A DNA stretch of 64,000 bases from Thermoplasmata archaeon (GCA_035502455.1 DATJUI010000011.1:15951-79950); one strand, 5' to 3'; counted from the stretch's first letter, positions 10,250 to 19,925 are shown. Numbers and translations are program-made. The notes: generated by a model not told the origin, from the sequence alone.

Positions 10250-11091
10250 GCTCGGTCACGACGGGAGTCCTCGATCTGGTCCTCCTCATCCTGGTGTCGT
10301 TTCTGCCGGCGCTCCTCTACCTCGCGTGGCTGCGCCAGACGGAGCGGTACGCGACGCTCGGCTGGGGGGCGCTGTTCGGAGCGTTCGCCTACGGCGCGCT
10401 GTTCGCGACGATCGTCGCGGGGGTGCTCGAGGCCGTCATCGTGGGGCTCGGGACGGCGGTGAGCACGAACTACCCCGGCCCCGAGTTCCTCTTCCTGAAC
10501 GGCAACTCGAACGCCGGGGCGCTGTTCCTCGTCCTCGTGGTCGCGCCGTTCATCGAGGAGGCGCTCAAGGCGTCCGGGGTCGTCGCCAACCGCGCGAAGA
10601 TCCGACTGCTGGCGGACGGACCCGTCTTCGGGGCCTCGGTCGGACTCGGCTTCGGATTCTTCGAGACGTTCCTCTACGGGCTCGGGGCGTTCGTCGTCGG
10701 CGGGCTCGCCGCCGGGATCGCCCTCATCCTCATCCGCAGCGTCTCGAGCGTCCTCCTGCACGGGAGCTCCACCGGCATGTTCGGCTACGGCTACGCCCGG
10801 TCCCGTTTCGGGGTCCCCGGCCCGGGCTCGGGCAGCTACTACCTGCTCGCCGTGACGATGCACGCCACCTTCAACGCGCTCGCCTCCCTCGCGACGATCC
10901 TCGCGCTCGTCGGGATCACGGGGATCGGCCTCGACGCGGGGGCGATCCTCGCTCTGTTCGCGGCGATCCTGTTCGCGGTCACGGCGATCGAGCACGTGCG
11001 GGCCGTGATCCTGTCGAGCGACTACCCGGCCCTGCTCGCCGGAGCCGGCCGGTACCGCCCCGGGACGAGCCGTCCCCCCGGCCCGTCGTGA
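10246..11091 (+). CDS. PrsW-family intramembrane protease
   Basis: Multi-TM protein with APFIEEALK, GFGFFE, H and HATFN motifs. Confidence 0.88.
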   Translation: MSSVTTGVLDLVLLILVSFLPALLYLAWLRQTERYATLGWGALFGAFAYGALFATIVAGVLEAVIVGLGTAVSTNYPGPEFLFLNGNSNAGALFLVLVVAPFIEEALKASGVVANRAKIRLLADGPVFGASVGLGFGFFETFLYGLGAFVVGGLAAGIALILIRSVSSVLLHGSSTGMFGYGYARSRFGVPGPGSGSYYLLAVTMHATFNALASLATILALVGITGIGLDAGAILALFAAILFAVTAIEHVRAVILSSDYPALLAGAGRYRPGTSRPPGPS

Positions 11092-11098
11092 CGTCGCC

Positions 11099-11497
11099 CT
11101 ACCGGGGGGCCGCCGGCCGGTCGTGCTGCCGCTGCCACGCCGCTTCGCCGATCGACCGGTAGACGCTCTCCGCCTCGTCGGCGGGCGGCGCCTCGCCGGC
11201 CTGGCCGACGTCGCGGATGCGGGCCTTCTTGAGCAGCCAGTAGTGGATCCGCCACGTCTTCCCCCGGGAGACGGTCGCGTCCTCCTCCTCGCTCGTGAGC
11301 AGCCCCTCCTCCTCGAGCTGGTAGAACCGGTCCCGGTCCTCGCTCGACAGCTTGTTGTCGAGGACGGAGTCCTCGAGGCCGAAGTACCCGAGGACCATCC
11401 GGGCCATCGGCCGCGCCTCGGCGGCCGGGATCTTCCCGTGCGCGACCAAGGTCCGTTCGATCGCGCGCTCCAGCTCCTGCTGGGTGATCGACGCCAT
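11099..11497 (-). CDS. DUF6015-like conserved Thermoplasmata protein (winged-helix-like)
   Basis: FG.ED..LDNKL..EDRD.FY.LEEEGLL....GK.WRIHYW pattern; ATG at 11497. Confidence 0.75.
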   Translation of the reverse strand: MASITQQELERAIERTLVAHGKIPAAEARPMARMVLGYFGLEDSVLDNKLSSEDRDRFYQLEEEGLLTSEEEDATVSRGKTWRIHYWLLKKARIRDVGQAGEAPPADEAESVYRSIGEAAWQRQHDRPAAPR

Positions 11498-11612
11498 CGA
11501 CCCCGGGGCACTCCACCGCCGAGTAAAAGGGGTTCGTCGCAGGCGCGGGGCCGCGCGCCCGCGCACCGGGCGGCGCGACACCGTTAACCGACCCCCGAAG
11601 CTCCGAGCGACG

Positions 11613-12851
11613 ATGGCCGACCCCCCGACGTTCGAGCTCTCGGACCCGGTGCTGGCCGCCGCCCGGCGCGCGCTCGACCGGGGCCTCTGCGCCGAATGCT
11701 TCGGCCGCCTGTTCGGGCGGTGGGGCCACGGGCTCGGCAATCCCGAACGGGCCCGCCGGATCGCCGAGCGTCTCGGCGTGGCCGGGCCCGCGGGGGTGGC
11801 CGACTGCGCCGTCTGCGCGGGGGTCTTCGATCGGCTCCCCCGCTGGGTCGAGCGGGCCGAGGCCGCGGCGGACGGCCGCGAGTGGCACCGGTTCACCTGC
11901 GGCTCCCGCTGGGAGCCGGAGCGCCTCGCCCACGAGGAGGCGATCGCGCTCGAGATCGGCAGCGAGTGGGCCGAGAGCGCCCGGTCGGCGTTCAACCGGG
12001 AGTGGGGCAAGCTCCTCGAGGCCCGCACGGGCGCCGCCGGGGGGCCGGACCGGCCCGACCTCGTGTTCCTCGCCGACCTGCCGGTCGGCCGGGTCGAGGT
12101 GACGGTCCAGCCGCTGTACGTCCAGGGCCGGTACCGCAAGCTCGACCGCACGCTCCCCCAGACGCGGTGGCCGTGCCGCCGGTGCGGCGGACGAGGGTGC
12201 GCGACGTGCGGCGGCTCGGGCAAGACCTACCCGACGAGCGTCGAGGAGCTCGTCGGCGCGCCCCTCGTCGCGGCGACCGGCGCGGAGGGGACCCGGTTCC
12301 ACGGGATGGGCCGCGAGGACATCGACGCCCGGATGCTCGGCCACGGCCGTCCGTTCGTCCTCGAGCTCCTGCGGCCCCGGCGCCGGAGCGTCGACCTCGC
12401 TCCGCTCGCCGCGGCGATCGCCGCCGACTCCGCTGGACGGGTGGAGGTGCTCGACCTGCGACCGGCCGACGCGGACGACGTGCGGCGGGTCAAGGAGGCG
12501 AACCCGGAAAAGAGCTACCGGGTCGGCGTGCGCGGCGACGTGCCGGTGGCAAAGGTTAATGAGGCCCTCGAACTCGCCACGGTCCGAGCGATCGCCCAGC
12601 GCACGCCGACGCGCGTCGCGCACCGGCGAGCCGACCGCGTACGGACGCGGCGGGTCGTCGCCGCGCGGCTCGTCGAGGCGGGCGGAGGGGAGTTCACGCT
12701 CGACCTGCGAACGGAAGCCGGCACGTACGTCAAGGAGTGGGTGGAGGGAGATGGCGGACGCACCGAACCGAGCCTCGCCGGTCTCCTCGGCGCCCCGCTC
12801 AAGGTCGCCTTCCTCGACGTGACGGAGATCCACGACCCGGAGGCGAAGTAG
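11613..12851 (+). CDS. pus10: tRNA pseudouridine(54/55) synthase Pus10
   Basis: GRYRKLDR..PQTRWPC, FHGMGREDIDARMLG.GRPF, QRTPTRV.HRRAD, AGTYVKE. Confidence 0.95.
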   Translation: MADPPTFELSDPVLAAARRALDRGLCAECFGRLFGRWGHGLGNPERARRIAERLGVAGPAGVADCAVCAGVFDRLPRWVERAEAAADGREWHRFTCGSRWEPERLAHEEAIALEIGSEWAESARSAFNREWGKLLEARTGAAGGPDRPDLVFLADLPVGRVEVTVQPLYVQGRYRKLDRTLPQTRWPCRRCGGRGCATCGGSGKTYPTSVEELVGAPLVAATGAEGTRFHGMGREDIDARMLGHGRPFVLELLRPRRRSVDLAPLAAAIAADSAGRVEVLDLRPADADDVRRVKEANPEKSYRVGVRGDVPVAKVNEALELATVRAIAQRTPTRVAHRRADRVRTRRVVAARLVEAGGGEFTLDLRTEAGTYVKEWVEGDGGRTEPSLAGLLGAPLKVAFLDVTEIHDPEAK

Positions 12852-13166
12852 ATGGTGAAGAGTTCGAAGGGGTTCCGCTCGCGGAGCCGCGGCACGTTCA
12901 CGAAGACGGTGCGCGAGCGCGGGATGCCGCCCGTGAACCGGTTCCTCCGCGAGTTCGCCGTCGGAGACCGGGTGACGGTCGTCCTCGAGCCGTCGGACCC
13001 CCACGGCCAGCCTCACCCCCGCTACCAGGGCCGGACGTGCACGGTCGTCGCGAAGCGGGGCCGGGCCTACCGCATCGAGTTCCTGGACGGCCGCAAGCGC
13101 AAGGAGCTGATCGCGAACCCGATCCACCTCGTGCCGGCCGCGCGCACGGAGGCGACCGATGCCTGA
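12852..13166 (+). CDS. rpl21e: 50S ribosomal protein L21e
   Basis: MVKSSKGFRSRSR..., PHPRYQGRT; conserved pus10-L21e-rpo4 synteny. Confidence 0.95.
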   Translation: MVKSSKGFRSRSRGTFTKTVRERGMPPVNRFLREFAVGDRVTVVLEPSDPHGQPHPRYQGRTCTVVAKRGRAYRIEFLDGRKRKELIANPIHLVPAARTEATDA

Positions 13167-13473
13167 ACCGGTGCCGCTCGCCCGCGTGAAGGACCTGCTC
13201 ACCGAGGAGGCGACGCACCGCACGCTGCCCCGCGAGGCCGGGCTCGCGCTCCAGCACGCCGAGCTGTTCGTGCGCCTCACCGCGGAGCAGACCGACAAGC
13301 TCGTGCAGGAGCTGAGGGGCCTTCCGTACGTCGACGCCGCCGTCGCGGTGAAGGTCGCCGACGTCCTGCCGCAATACCCCGAAGAGATCCGCCTCCTGTT
13401 CTCGCGGGAGCGGGTCACGCTGGACGAGGCCCAGGTGACCCGCCTCCTCGAGATCGTGGCGCAGTACCGATGA
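13159..13473 (+). CDS. rpo4: RNA polymerase subunit Rpo4 (F)
   Basis: AVKVADVLP...EEIRLLF pattern; position after rpl21e. Confidence 0.9.
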   Translation: MPEPVPLARVKDLLTEEATHRTLPREAGLALQHAELFVRLTAEQTDKLVQELRGLPYVDAAVAVKVADVLPQYPEEIRLLFSRERVTLDEAQVTRLLEIVAQYR

Positions 13474-13488
13474 GCGGGGAGGCGACCC

Positions 13489-14034
13489 GTGGAGAACTTC
13501 GCGTACATCCTCGACTACCTGCCGAACGGCCGCCCGACCGAGCGCGGCTTCCATCGGGAGCCGCTTGCCCTCGCCATCGGTGAGGACGAGCTCAAGCTGT
13601 TCGAGCTCGTGCCCCGACCGGGGGTGACGCTCGCCCCCGGGAGCCGGGTGCCGCTGGGGGCGACCGGCGGGGCGCCGCCCCCGATCGATCACGTGCGCCG
13701 CCGGGTCGGGTTCGACGAGCTGACCGTCGCCGCCCGGACCGAGCTCACGACGGTCCTCGAGCGGATCGTGGAGGCGAACGCGCCCCGGTACCTGCGCTTC
13801 TTCAACGAGGCGCCCGCCGTCTCGCGGCGGTTCCACCTGCTCGAGCTCCTGCCCGGGATCGGCAAGAAGACGATGCAGCAGATCGTCGACGAGCGGCGCC
13901 GCGCCCCGTTCGCGAGCTTCGCCGAGATCGAGCAGCGGCTCCACCTCAAGTCGCCCGCGCAGCTGATCGTCGGGCGGATCGAGCAGGAGCTCTCGGGTGT
14001 CGAGGACAAGTACCGCCTCTTCGTCGCGCCGTGA
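13489..14034 (+). CDS. DUF655 family HhH RNA-binding protein
   Basis: ILDYLPNG, FFNEA, LELLPGIGKK, KYRLF; synteny. Confidence 0.9.
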   Translation: MENFAYILDYLPNGRPTERGFHREPLALAIGEDELKLFELVPRPGVTLAPGSRVPLGATGGAPPPIDHVRRRVGFDELTVAARTELTTVLERIVEANAPRYLRFFNEAPAVSRRFHLLELLPGIGKKTMQQIVDERRRAPFASFAEIEQRLHLKSPAQLIVGRIEQELSGVEDKYRLFVAP

Positions 14035-14056
14035 GCCCCGCCCGCCCGCCGGCCCG

Positions 14057-14887
14057 GTGCCCCACCGGGCCGAGGAGGTGGAGGCGGCGCTCGGTCGCCT
14101 CCGCGTGACCCCGTCCAAGGGGCGGGGCCAGTCGTTCCTCGTCGACCCGTTCGTGGCCGACGCGGAGGCGGCGCTGCTCGCCTCGCCGCCGGGCACCCCG
14201 GCGCTGGAGATCGGGGGCGGCCTCGGGATCCTCACCGAGGCGCTGCTCCGCCGCGGGGTCGCGCCCCTCACGGTCGTCGAGCGGGACCCCGCGCTGGCGT
14301 CGTTCCTCGCCCGGACCTTCGGCGATCGCGCGGCGGTCGTGACGGGGGATGCGCGCACGATCGATCTCCCCCCCGTCCAGCGGGCCGCCGGGAACCTGCC
14401 CTATTCGGTGGCGACGCCGATCCTGCTGCGGCTGCTCGCGCGGCGGATCCCCCGCATCGTCGTCCTCCTGCAGCGCGAGGTCGCCGAGCGGATCGCCGCC
14501 CCTCCCGGCGGGAGGAGCTACGGCCGTCTCTCGATCGTCGCCCGCCTCTACGGCGAGCCAGAACTGTTCCGCTCCGTCGGGCCCGAGGCGTTCTGGCCGC
14601 GGCCCGAGGTCGAGAGCCGTCTCGTGGTGCACACCGCCCGGCCCGGGCCGCTCCCGGTCCCGTCCGTGCCCCGCTTCGAGCTCGCGGTCCGCACGCTGTT
14701 CTCCGCGCGGCGCAAGCAGCTCGGGAACCTGCTGCCGCGCCTCGTCGCCTCCCGGTCCGACGCGGCGCGTCTCGCCGCCCGGGCCGGGTGGCCCGACGAC
14801 TGGGCGACCCGCCGGCCCGAGGAGCTCGCGCCCGAAGCGTTCTTCGCGCTCGCCCGCGCGCTGGGAACCCGACCGGCACCGACGTGA
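14057..14887 (+). CDS. rsmA: 16S rRNA m6(2)A dimethyltransferase
   Basis: GQSFLVD, LEIGGGLG.LT, GNLPYS, LQREVAERI, YGRLSI, RRKQL; start uncertain (GTG 14057, ORF open from 13997). Confidence 0.92.
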   Translation: MPHRAEEVEAALGRLRVTPSKGRGQSFLVDPFVADAEAALLASPPGTPALEIGGGLGILTEALLRRGVAPLTVVERDPALASFLARTFGDRAAVVTGDARTIDLPPVQRAAGNLPYSVATPILLRLLARRIPRIVVLLQREVAERIAAPPGGRSYGRLSIVARLYGEPELFRSVGPEAFWPRPEVESRLVVHTARPGPLPVPSVPRFELAVRTLFSARRKQLGNLLPRLVASRSDAARLAARAGWPDDWATRRPEELAPEAFFALARALGTRPAPT

Positions 14888-15350
14888 GCGGGGGCCGGAT
14901 CGATCGGCGCCCGCCGACGCTCCCGAGCCCGGTACCGTGCCGGCGGCGCACGGGCGAGCCTCCGAAGGGGAGATGCGCGCCGCCCCGCGGGCACGGTCCC
15001 TCCCTGGCGTGGTCGAGGATCGACCCCCTCTTCCCGATCGGCGTCGCCCTCTGCGCGGTCGGGGTCGGGCTGGGCGTCGGGATCGGGCTGGTCGCCCCGC
15101 CGGCCGGTCAGGCGTTTCCCTGCGTGGGGGCGGTCGAGCTCGCCCTGGGACGGTTCGTGGGGGTGATCCGCGTGATCGCGGGTCTTTCGCTGGCCGTCAT
15201 CGGGTTCCCCCGTCGGCCCGGGCGGCGGGCCGAGTTCCTCGGGGAGGACGCCGGACCGGCGCCCCCGGACGTGGCCGACGCGGAGGCCGCTCGGGTGCAG
15301 CCGGGGCTCTCCGGGCTGTACCCGTACATGCGGCCGCCGCCTCCCAAGGG
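14884..15350 (+). CDS. Possible small membrane protein (3' end uncertain; frame stays open to 15885)
   Basis: GTG overlaps rsmA stop; two hydrophobic segments (LFPIGVALCAVGVGLGVGIGLV; FVGVIRVIAGLSLAVIGF) fill an otherwise empty gap. Confidence 0.3.
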
Positions 15351-16349
15351 TCAGCGGGCCCGGCGCGATCGCGCACCGCCCGGACCGAGGGGACGTTCCG
15401 GGGCGCGCTCGAACGGTGGCCGGGACGCCAGGACCGCGCGGATCGTCGCCTGCGCCTCCTCGAGCTCCTCGCCCACGAGCGGGAGGCGCGGGGGGCGCAC
15501 GCGCACCTCGCCCTGGCCGACCTCGGACTCGACGAGCTTCACGAGCTGGACGAACTTCGGCACGGTGTCCATCCGCAGGAGCGGGAGGAACCACCGGTAC
15601 CGCGCGTCGGCCTCGGACCGATCTCCGCGCCTGGCCCGCTCGAAGAGCGCGACCGACTCCTCGGGCAGCGCGTTCGCGAGACCGGCGACCCACCCGGTCG
15701 CCCCGGCGCGGACCCCCTCGAGGACGGCGTCGTCGAGGCCCACCGAGATCGCGACCCGCGACCCGAGGAGCGCCCGCAGCGCCGTGACCCGCCGCACGTC
15801 CCCGCTGGACTCTTTGACCGCGGTGAGCGTCGGCGCCTCGGCGACCAGCTCGAGCACCTCCGCCGGGCTCACGTCCGTGCCGTAGGCGGCCGGGTTGTTG
15901 TACAGCATGCACGGGAGCTCCGTCGCCCGGGCGACCGAGACGAAGTGCGCGTGCACCTCGCGGCGATCGCCGCGGTACACGTACGGGGGCAGGAGCAGGA
16001 GCGCCCGCGCCCCGGCCGTGGCGAGCGCCCGGGCGAGCGCGACCGCCTCCCGGGTCGACGGGGCGCCGACCGCGGCCACGAGGGAACGGCCGGGCGGGAT
16101 CGCCTCGGCGAGGGCCGCCACCATCGCGGTGCGCTCGGCCCCCGAGAGCGCCGCGCCTTCTCCGAGCGATCCCGCGACGACCACCCCGTCCGCGCCGCGG
16201 GCGACGAGGTCCCGCGCGTGCTCGACGAAGCGGGGAAGGTCGACCTCGAGGTCGGTGCGGAACGGGGTCGTCAGCGCGACGAGGACGCCATCCCACGGCG
16301 CCCGTGCGCGGGCGGCGCGATCGCGGGCGGACCGGTCGGTCGCGGTCAT
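15351..16349 (-). CDS. DapA-family lyase, probable delta1-pyrroline-4-hydroxy-2-carboxylate deaminase
   Basis: ALTTPF, GSLGE (not GTTGE), LYNNP.AY, AVKESSGD, GLDD; coupled to Hyp epimerase. Confidence 0.85.
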   Translation of the reverse strand: MTATDRSARDRAARARAPWDGVLVALTTPFRTDLEVDLPRFVEHARDLVARGADGVVVAGSLGEGAALSGAERTAMVAALAEAIPPGRSLVAAVGAPSTREAVALARALATAGARALLLLPPYVYRGDRREVHAHFVSVARATELPCMLYNNPAAYGTDVSPAEVLELVAEAPTLTAVKESSGDVRRVTALRALLGSRVAISVGLDDAVLEGVRAGATGWVAGLANALPEESVALFERARRGDRSEADARYRWFLPLLRMDTVPKFVQLVKLVESEVGQGEVRVRPPRLPLVGEELEEAQATIRAVLASRPPFERAPERPLGPGGARSRRAR

Positions 16350-17284
16350 TCCGGCACCCCGTAGCGGTACGGATCGTGCTCCTCGAGCAGGAGGTCGCCC
16401 TCGCCGGTCACGTGGGCCGACCCCCGGATCTCGGGCCGGAGGACCCCGGCGTCGACGACCAGTCGGCCTTCGAAGACGCCGCCGAGGATCCCTTCCTGCC
16501 GCCAGACCTCGCCGACCGCGAGCGCGCCCGCGGCGTGGAGGCACGCGAGCCGCGCGCTGGTACCCGTCCCGCACGGCGAGCGATCGTAGCTCCCGCCCGG
16601 GCACAGCACGAAGTTGCGCGCATCGTGTCCGGGATCGCGGGGGGGTCCCATCAGCTCGATGTGGTCGATCGGGGCGCCGTCGTCGCCCGTCACGCCGGCC
16701 CGGGCGAGCGCGGCGCGCACCGAGGTCGTGTACGCGAGCAGCGCGGGGGCCTCCGCCGCGTCGAGCCGTCGATCCCCGGCGTCGGTGAGGAAGAACCAGT
16801 TGCCGCCCCAGGCGACGTCCCCGGTGACGCGACCCTGCCCCGGCACGTCGATCGCGACGTCGGCCCGCGAGCGTCGGGCCGGAACGTTGAGGAAGCTGAC
16901 CGACTGGCGGTCGTGGAGCTCGGCCCGGACCGACCCCACCGGCGTGTCGAGGACGAGCGGGCCCACGGGGAGACGTCCGAGATGGTGGAGCGAGACCGCC
17001 GCTCCGATCGTCCCGTGCCCGCACATCCCGAGCGTCCCGCGGTTGTTGAAGAAGATCAACCCGGCGCGATGCCCGGGGTCGTCCGGCGGAAGGAGCAGGG
17101 CCCCCACGACCGAGGGGGCGGCGCGCGGCTCGGTCACGACGGCCCGACGGAACTCCCCGTGCTGACGGTCGAAACGGGCGCGCTGCTCCCGCAGCGGGCC
17201 CGGTCCGAGCTCCGGCCCGCCCGAGACGACGAGCCGGGTCGGTTCTCCCTCGGTATGCGAGTCGACCACGTGGACACGCTGCAT
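16346..17284 (-). CDS. Proline racemase family protein, probable 4-hydroxyproline 2-epimerase
   Basis: DSHTEGEPTR, MCGHG, WGGNWF, DRSPCGTG with both catalytic Cys. Confidence 0.92.
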   Translation of the reverse strand: MQRVHVVDSHTEGEPTRLVVSGGPELGPGPLREQRARFDRQHGEFRRAVVTEPRAAPSVVGALLLPPDDPGHRAGLIFFNNRGTLGMCGHGTIGAAVSLHHLGRLPVGPLVLDTPVGSVRAELHDRQSVSFLNVPARRSRADVAIDVPGQGRVTGDVAWGGNWFFLTDAGDRRLDAAEAPALLAYTTSVRAALARAGVTGDDGAPIDHIELMGPPRDPGHDARNFVLCPGGSYDRSPCGTGTSARLACLHAAGALAVGEVWRQEGILGGVFEGRLVVDAGVLRPEIRGSAHVTGEGDLLLEEHDPYRYGVPE

Positions 17285-17454
17285 GGGGCCGGGCCGCCGG
17301 AGGAACTCCCGAGGGCTGCCCCCGAAGGTAACCGTTTCGCTGGCGACACCGAAACCGTAGAGCCCCCGCTCGGGCCGGGGACCGGCCGCTCGTCGTAACT
17401 CTATAGCTAAGTGAGCGTGTGCGCTGAATTTGTCGTAAAGATGTAGTATCGGGG

Positions 17455-17607
17455 TGACCTGGAAGCTGGGGTTGGGAACCGCCTCGGAAGGCTCGGCAAT
17501 GACGTCCGAGCGATCCCCTCCCGCGGCGAACTCACGACCTCCGAAGACGCTCCGGTCTCGGGCGTTAGGTCGATCGAAGTTCGCTGCCGAGGATGGGGCG
17601 CAGGTCA
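17455..17607 (+). ncRNA. Putative structured non-coding RNA (unknown family)
   Basis: Nested complementary segments TGACCTG/CAGGTCA, GCTCGG/CCGAGC, GCGGCGAACT/AGTTCGCTGC, CGACCT/AGGTCG, GACGCTC/GGGCGTT; AT-rich patch upstream. Confidence 0.4.
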
Positions 17608-17644
17608 GAACGGGGGGAAGGAAGGAGTCCTACCGCTCGATCCA

Positions 17645-17815
17645 TCACTTCGCCTTGCGCCCTTTGAGGGCCTCGTCGACCAGTACGGCCACGAGATTGG
17701 AGACCGACCGGCGCTCCTTGGGCGCGATCTCCTCGAGTCGCTTCCGGACCGCCGGCTCGAAGTAGACCGCGATCACCTGCAGCTTCTCGGCGGGACCCTT
17801 CCGAGGACGGGGCAT
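17645..17815 (-). CDS. Small ribbon-helix-helix (CopG-like) DNA-binding protein
   Basis: 56 aa, VIAVYF beta strand then RKRLEEIA..ERRSVSNLV..LVDEAL helix pattern. Confidence 0.7.
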   Translation of the reverse strand: MPRPRKGPAEKLQVIAVYFEPAVRKRLEEIAPKERRSVSNLVAVLVDEALKGRKAK

Positions 17816-18260
17816 GAGGGCGAGATTGGCTCCCACTGCTTAGAGTCTCTGTGCGCAGCGCGGGGGGGCCCCGAGCGCGGCGAGGGGGAAGACCCGCGCG
17901 TCCACCGCGCGTCCCCAACCCGTTGAAGGCCACCTGCCTGCGGGCCCCAGCGGCCGTGGGACCGTCGAGGTGCAGAGAAGGAGCCCGGAATAACGTCGGC
18001 AGGGCCACCCGCCGAACGCGAGCCCCGGACATCGTGGGCCGGGATTCAGTTGAAGATCGTCGACATGACCGGTCCCCCCATGGGCTCCACTCCGCTCGTC
18101 GCGGCGTCGGCCGGGGCGTACTTCGTCCACTCGACGGTTGCCCGGGGCGTGCCGACGAGCCATCGGGCGCATCGCAGGAACATCGTGAGGGGGGTGGCCT
18201 CTCTGCGCGTACTCCGGCGGCTATGGGACTCGCGGACCCCCTGGGGGCGGGGCGCGACTA

Positions 18261-18296
18261 TTTTATATAGAAGGGCAATTTTGCCCATCGTGGTGA
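18261..18296 (+). promoter_or_regulatory. Thermosome promoter: TATA box, palindromic operator candidate, SD
   Basis: TTTTATATAGAAG, GGGCAA-TT-TTGCCC (18273-18286), GGTGA before ATG 18303. Confidence 0.75.
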
Positions 18297-18302
18297 GCTA
18301 GA

Positions 18303-19925
18303 ATGCTCCAGGGTACCCCGATTCTGATCCTGAAGGAAGGCACGGAGCGCGAACGCGGCAAGGGCGCGGCGGCGAACAACATCGCGGCGGCGCGGGCGAT
18401 CGCGGACACGGTCCGCACGACCCTCGGGCCGCGCGGCATGGACAAGATGCTCGTCGACGGCATGGGCGACATCACGATCACGAACGACGGCGTCACGATC
18501 CTCAAGGAGATCGACGTCGAGCACCCGGCCGCGAAGATGCTGGTCGAGGTCGCGAAGACGCAGGACCAGCAGTGCGGCGACGGGACGACCACGGCCGTCG
18601 TGCTCGCGGGCGAGCTGTTGAAGCGCGCCGAGGCCCTGCTCGAGCAGAACGTCCACCCGACGGTCATCACGCGCGGCTACCAGCTCGCGGTCGCGGAGGC
18701 GAAGCGCCTCCTCGAGACCGAGATCGGCGTCGCCGTCAAGGCCGAGGACGAGGGGGTCCTGCTCGACTGCGCCGCGACGGCGATGGGGTCGAAGGGGGTC
18801 TACGGCTCCCGGGACCACCTCGCCAAGATCGCGGTCGACGCCGTGCGCCGGATCGCGGAACAGCGCGGCGGCAAGACCGTCGCGGACGTCGACCAGATCA
18901 AGGTCGAGAAGCGCCACGGCGGCTCGATCTCGGACACGGAGCTCATCGAGGGGATCATCCTCGACAAGGAGCGCGGACACTCGCGCATGCCGGCCGAGGT
19001 CAAGAACGCGAAGATCGCGCTCCTCAACTCGGCGCTCGAGGTCAAGAAGACCGAGATCGAGAGCAAGATCAACATCAAGAACCCCGCCCAGATCCAGAGC
19101 TTCCTCGACGAGGAGGACAAGACGTTCCGCCGGATGGCGGACGCGGTGAAGGCGTCCGGGGCGAACGTCGTCATCTCCCAGAAGGGGATCGACGACGTGG
19201 TGCTCCACTACCTCGCGAAGGACGGCATCTACGCCTTGAAGCAGGTGAAGGAGTCCGACCTCCAGAAGCTGGCGCGCGCGACCGGGGGCAAGATCGTGAC
19301 CGGGATCAAGGAGCTGAGCGCGGCCGACCTGGGCACGGCGGCCCAGGTGGAGGAACGCAAGGTCGGCGACGACAAGATGACGTTCGTCACCGGCTGCTCG
19401 AACCCCCGCTCGGTCTCGATCCTGATCCGCGGCGGCACGGAGCACGTGACCCAAGAGGTCGAGCGGTCGCTCCAGGATGCGCTCAAGGTCGTGGGCAGCG
19501 TGCTCGAGGACGGCCTCGTCGCCCCGGGCGGCGGTGCGCCCGAGATCGAGCTGTCGGTCCGCCTGCGCAAGTGGGCGGCGACCGTCGGCGGCCGCGAACA
19601 GCTCGCGGTCGAGGCGTTCGCCCAGGCGATCGAGTCGGTGCCGTGGGCGCTCGCCGAGAACGGAGGCTACGACTCGATCAATGTGCTGATCGCCCTGCGC
19701 CGGGCCCACGACGGCTCCGCGGCGAACAAGAACATCGGGATCAACCTCGCCGACGGCTCCGTGACGGACATGTGGAAGCTCCACGTTATCGAGCCCGTCC
19801 GGGTGAAGCGCCAGGCCCTGAGCTCGGCCGGCGAAGTGGCGAACATGGTCCTCCGGATCGACGACGTCATCGCGTCGAAGAGGTCGAGCCCGGCGCCCCC
19901 GTCGGGCGGCGGCCACGACCACTAG
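18303..19925 (+). CDS. ths: Thermosome (group II chaperonin) subunit
   Basis: [43 protein letters not shown]. Confidence 0.97.
   Translation: MLQGTPILILKEGTERERGKGAAANNIAAARAIADTVRTTLGPRGMDKMLVDGMGDITITNDGVTILKEIDVEHPAAKMLVEVAKTQDQQCGDGTTTAVVLAGELLKRAEALLEQNVHPTVITRGYQLAVAEAKRLLETEIGVAVKAEDEGVLLDCAATAMGSKGVYGSRDHLAKIAVDAVRRIAEQRGGKTVADVDQIKVEKRHGGSISDTELIEGIILDKERGHSRMPAEVKNAKIALLNSALEVKKTEIESKINIKNPAQIQSFLDEEDKTFRRMADAVKASGANVVISQKGIDDVVLHYLAKDGIYALKQVKESDLQKLARATGGKIVTGIKELSAADLGTAAQVEERKVGDDKMTFVTGCSNPRSVSILIRGGTEHVTQEVERSLQDALKVVGSVLEDGLVAPGGGAPEIELSVRLRKWAATVGGREQLAVEAFAQAIESVPWALAENGGYDSINVLIALRRAHDGSAANKNIGINLADGSVTDMWKLHVIEPVRVKRQALSSAGEVANMVLRIDDVIASKRSSPAPPSGGGHDH

Noticed and set aside
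15351..15885. Extension of the + strand ORF 14788..15885 across the deaminase gene
   Set aside because: Antisense to a well-supported gene and low complexity; only the hydrophobic 5' part is plausible
17295..17640. RNase P, SRP or 5S RNA (GGAGGAACTCC resembles the RNase P 5' motif)
   Set aside because: The matching 3' RNase P motif, the SRP helix-8 motif and the 5S CCGAAC motif are not present
17840..18290. Small ORFs between the RHH gene and thermosome (e.g. 18046..18183 -)
   Set aside because: No recognisable motif or convincing codon bias; cannot be supported
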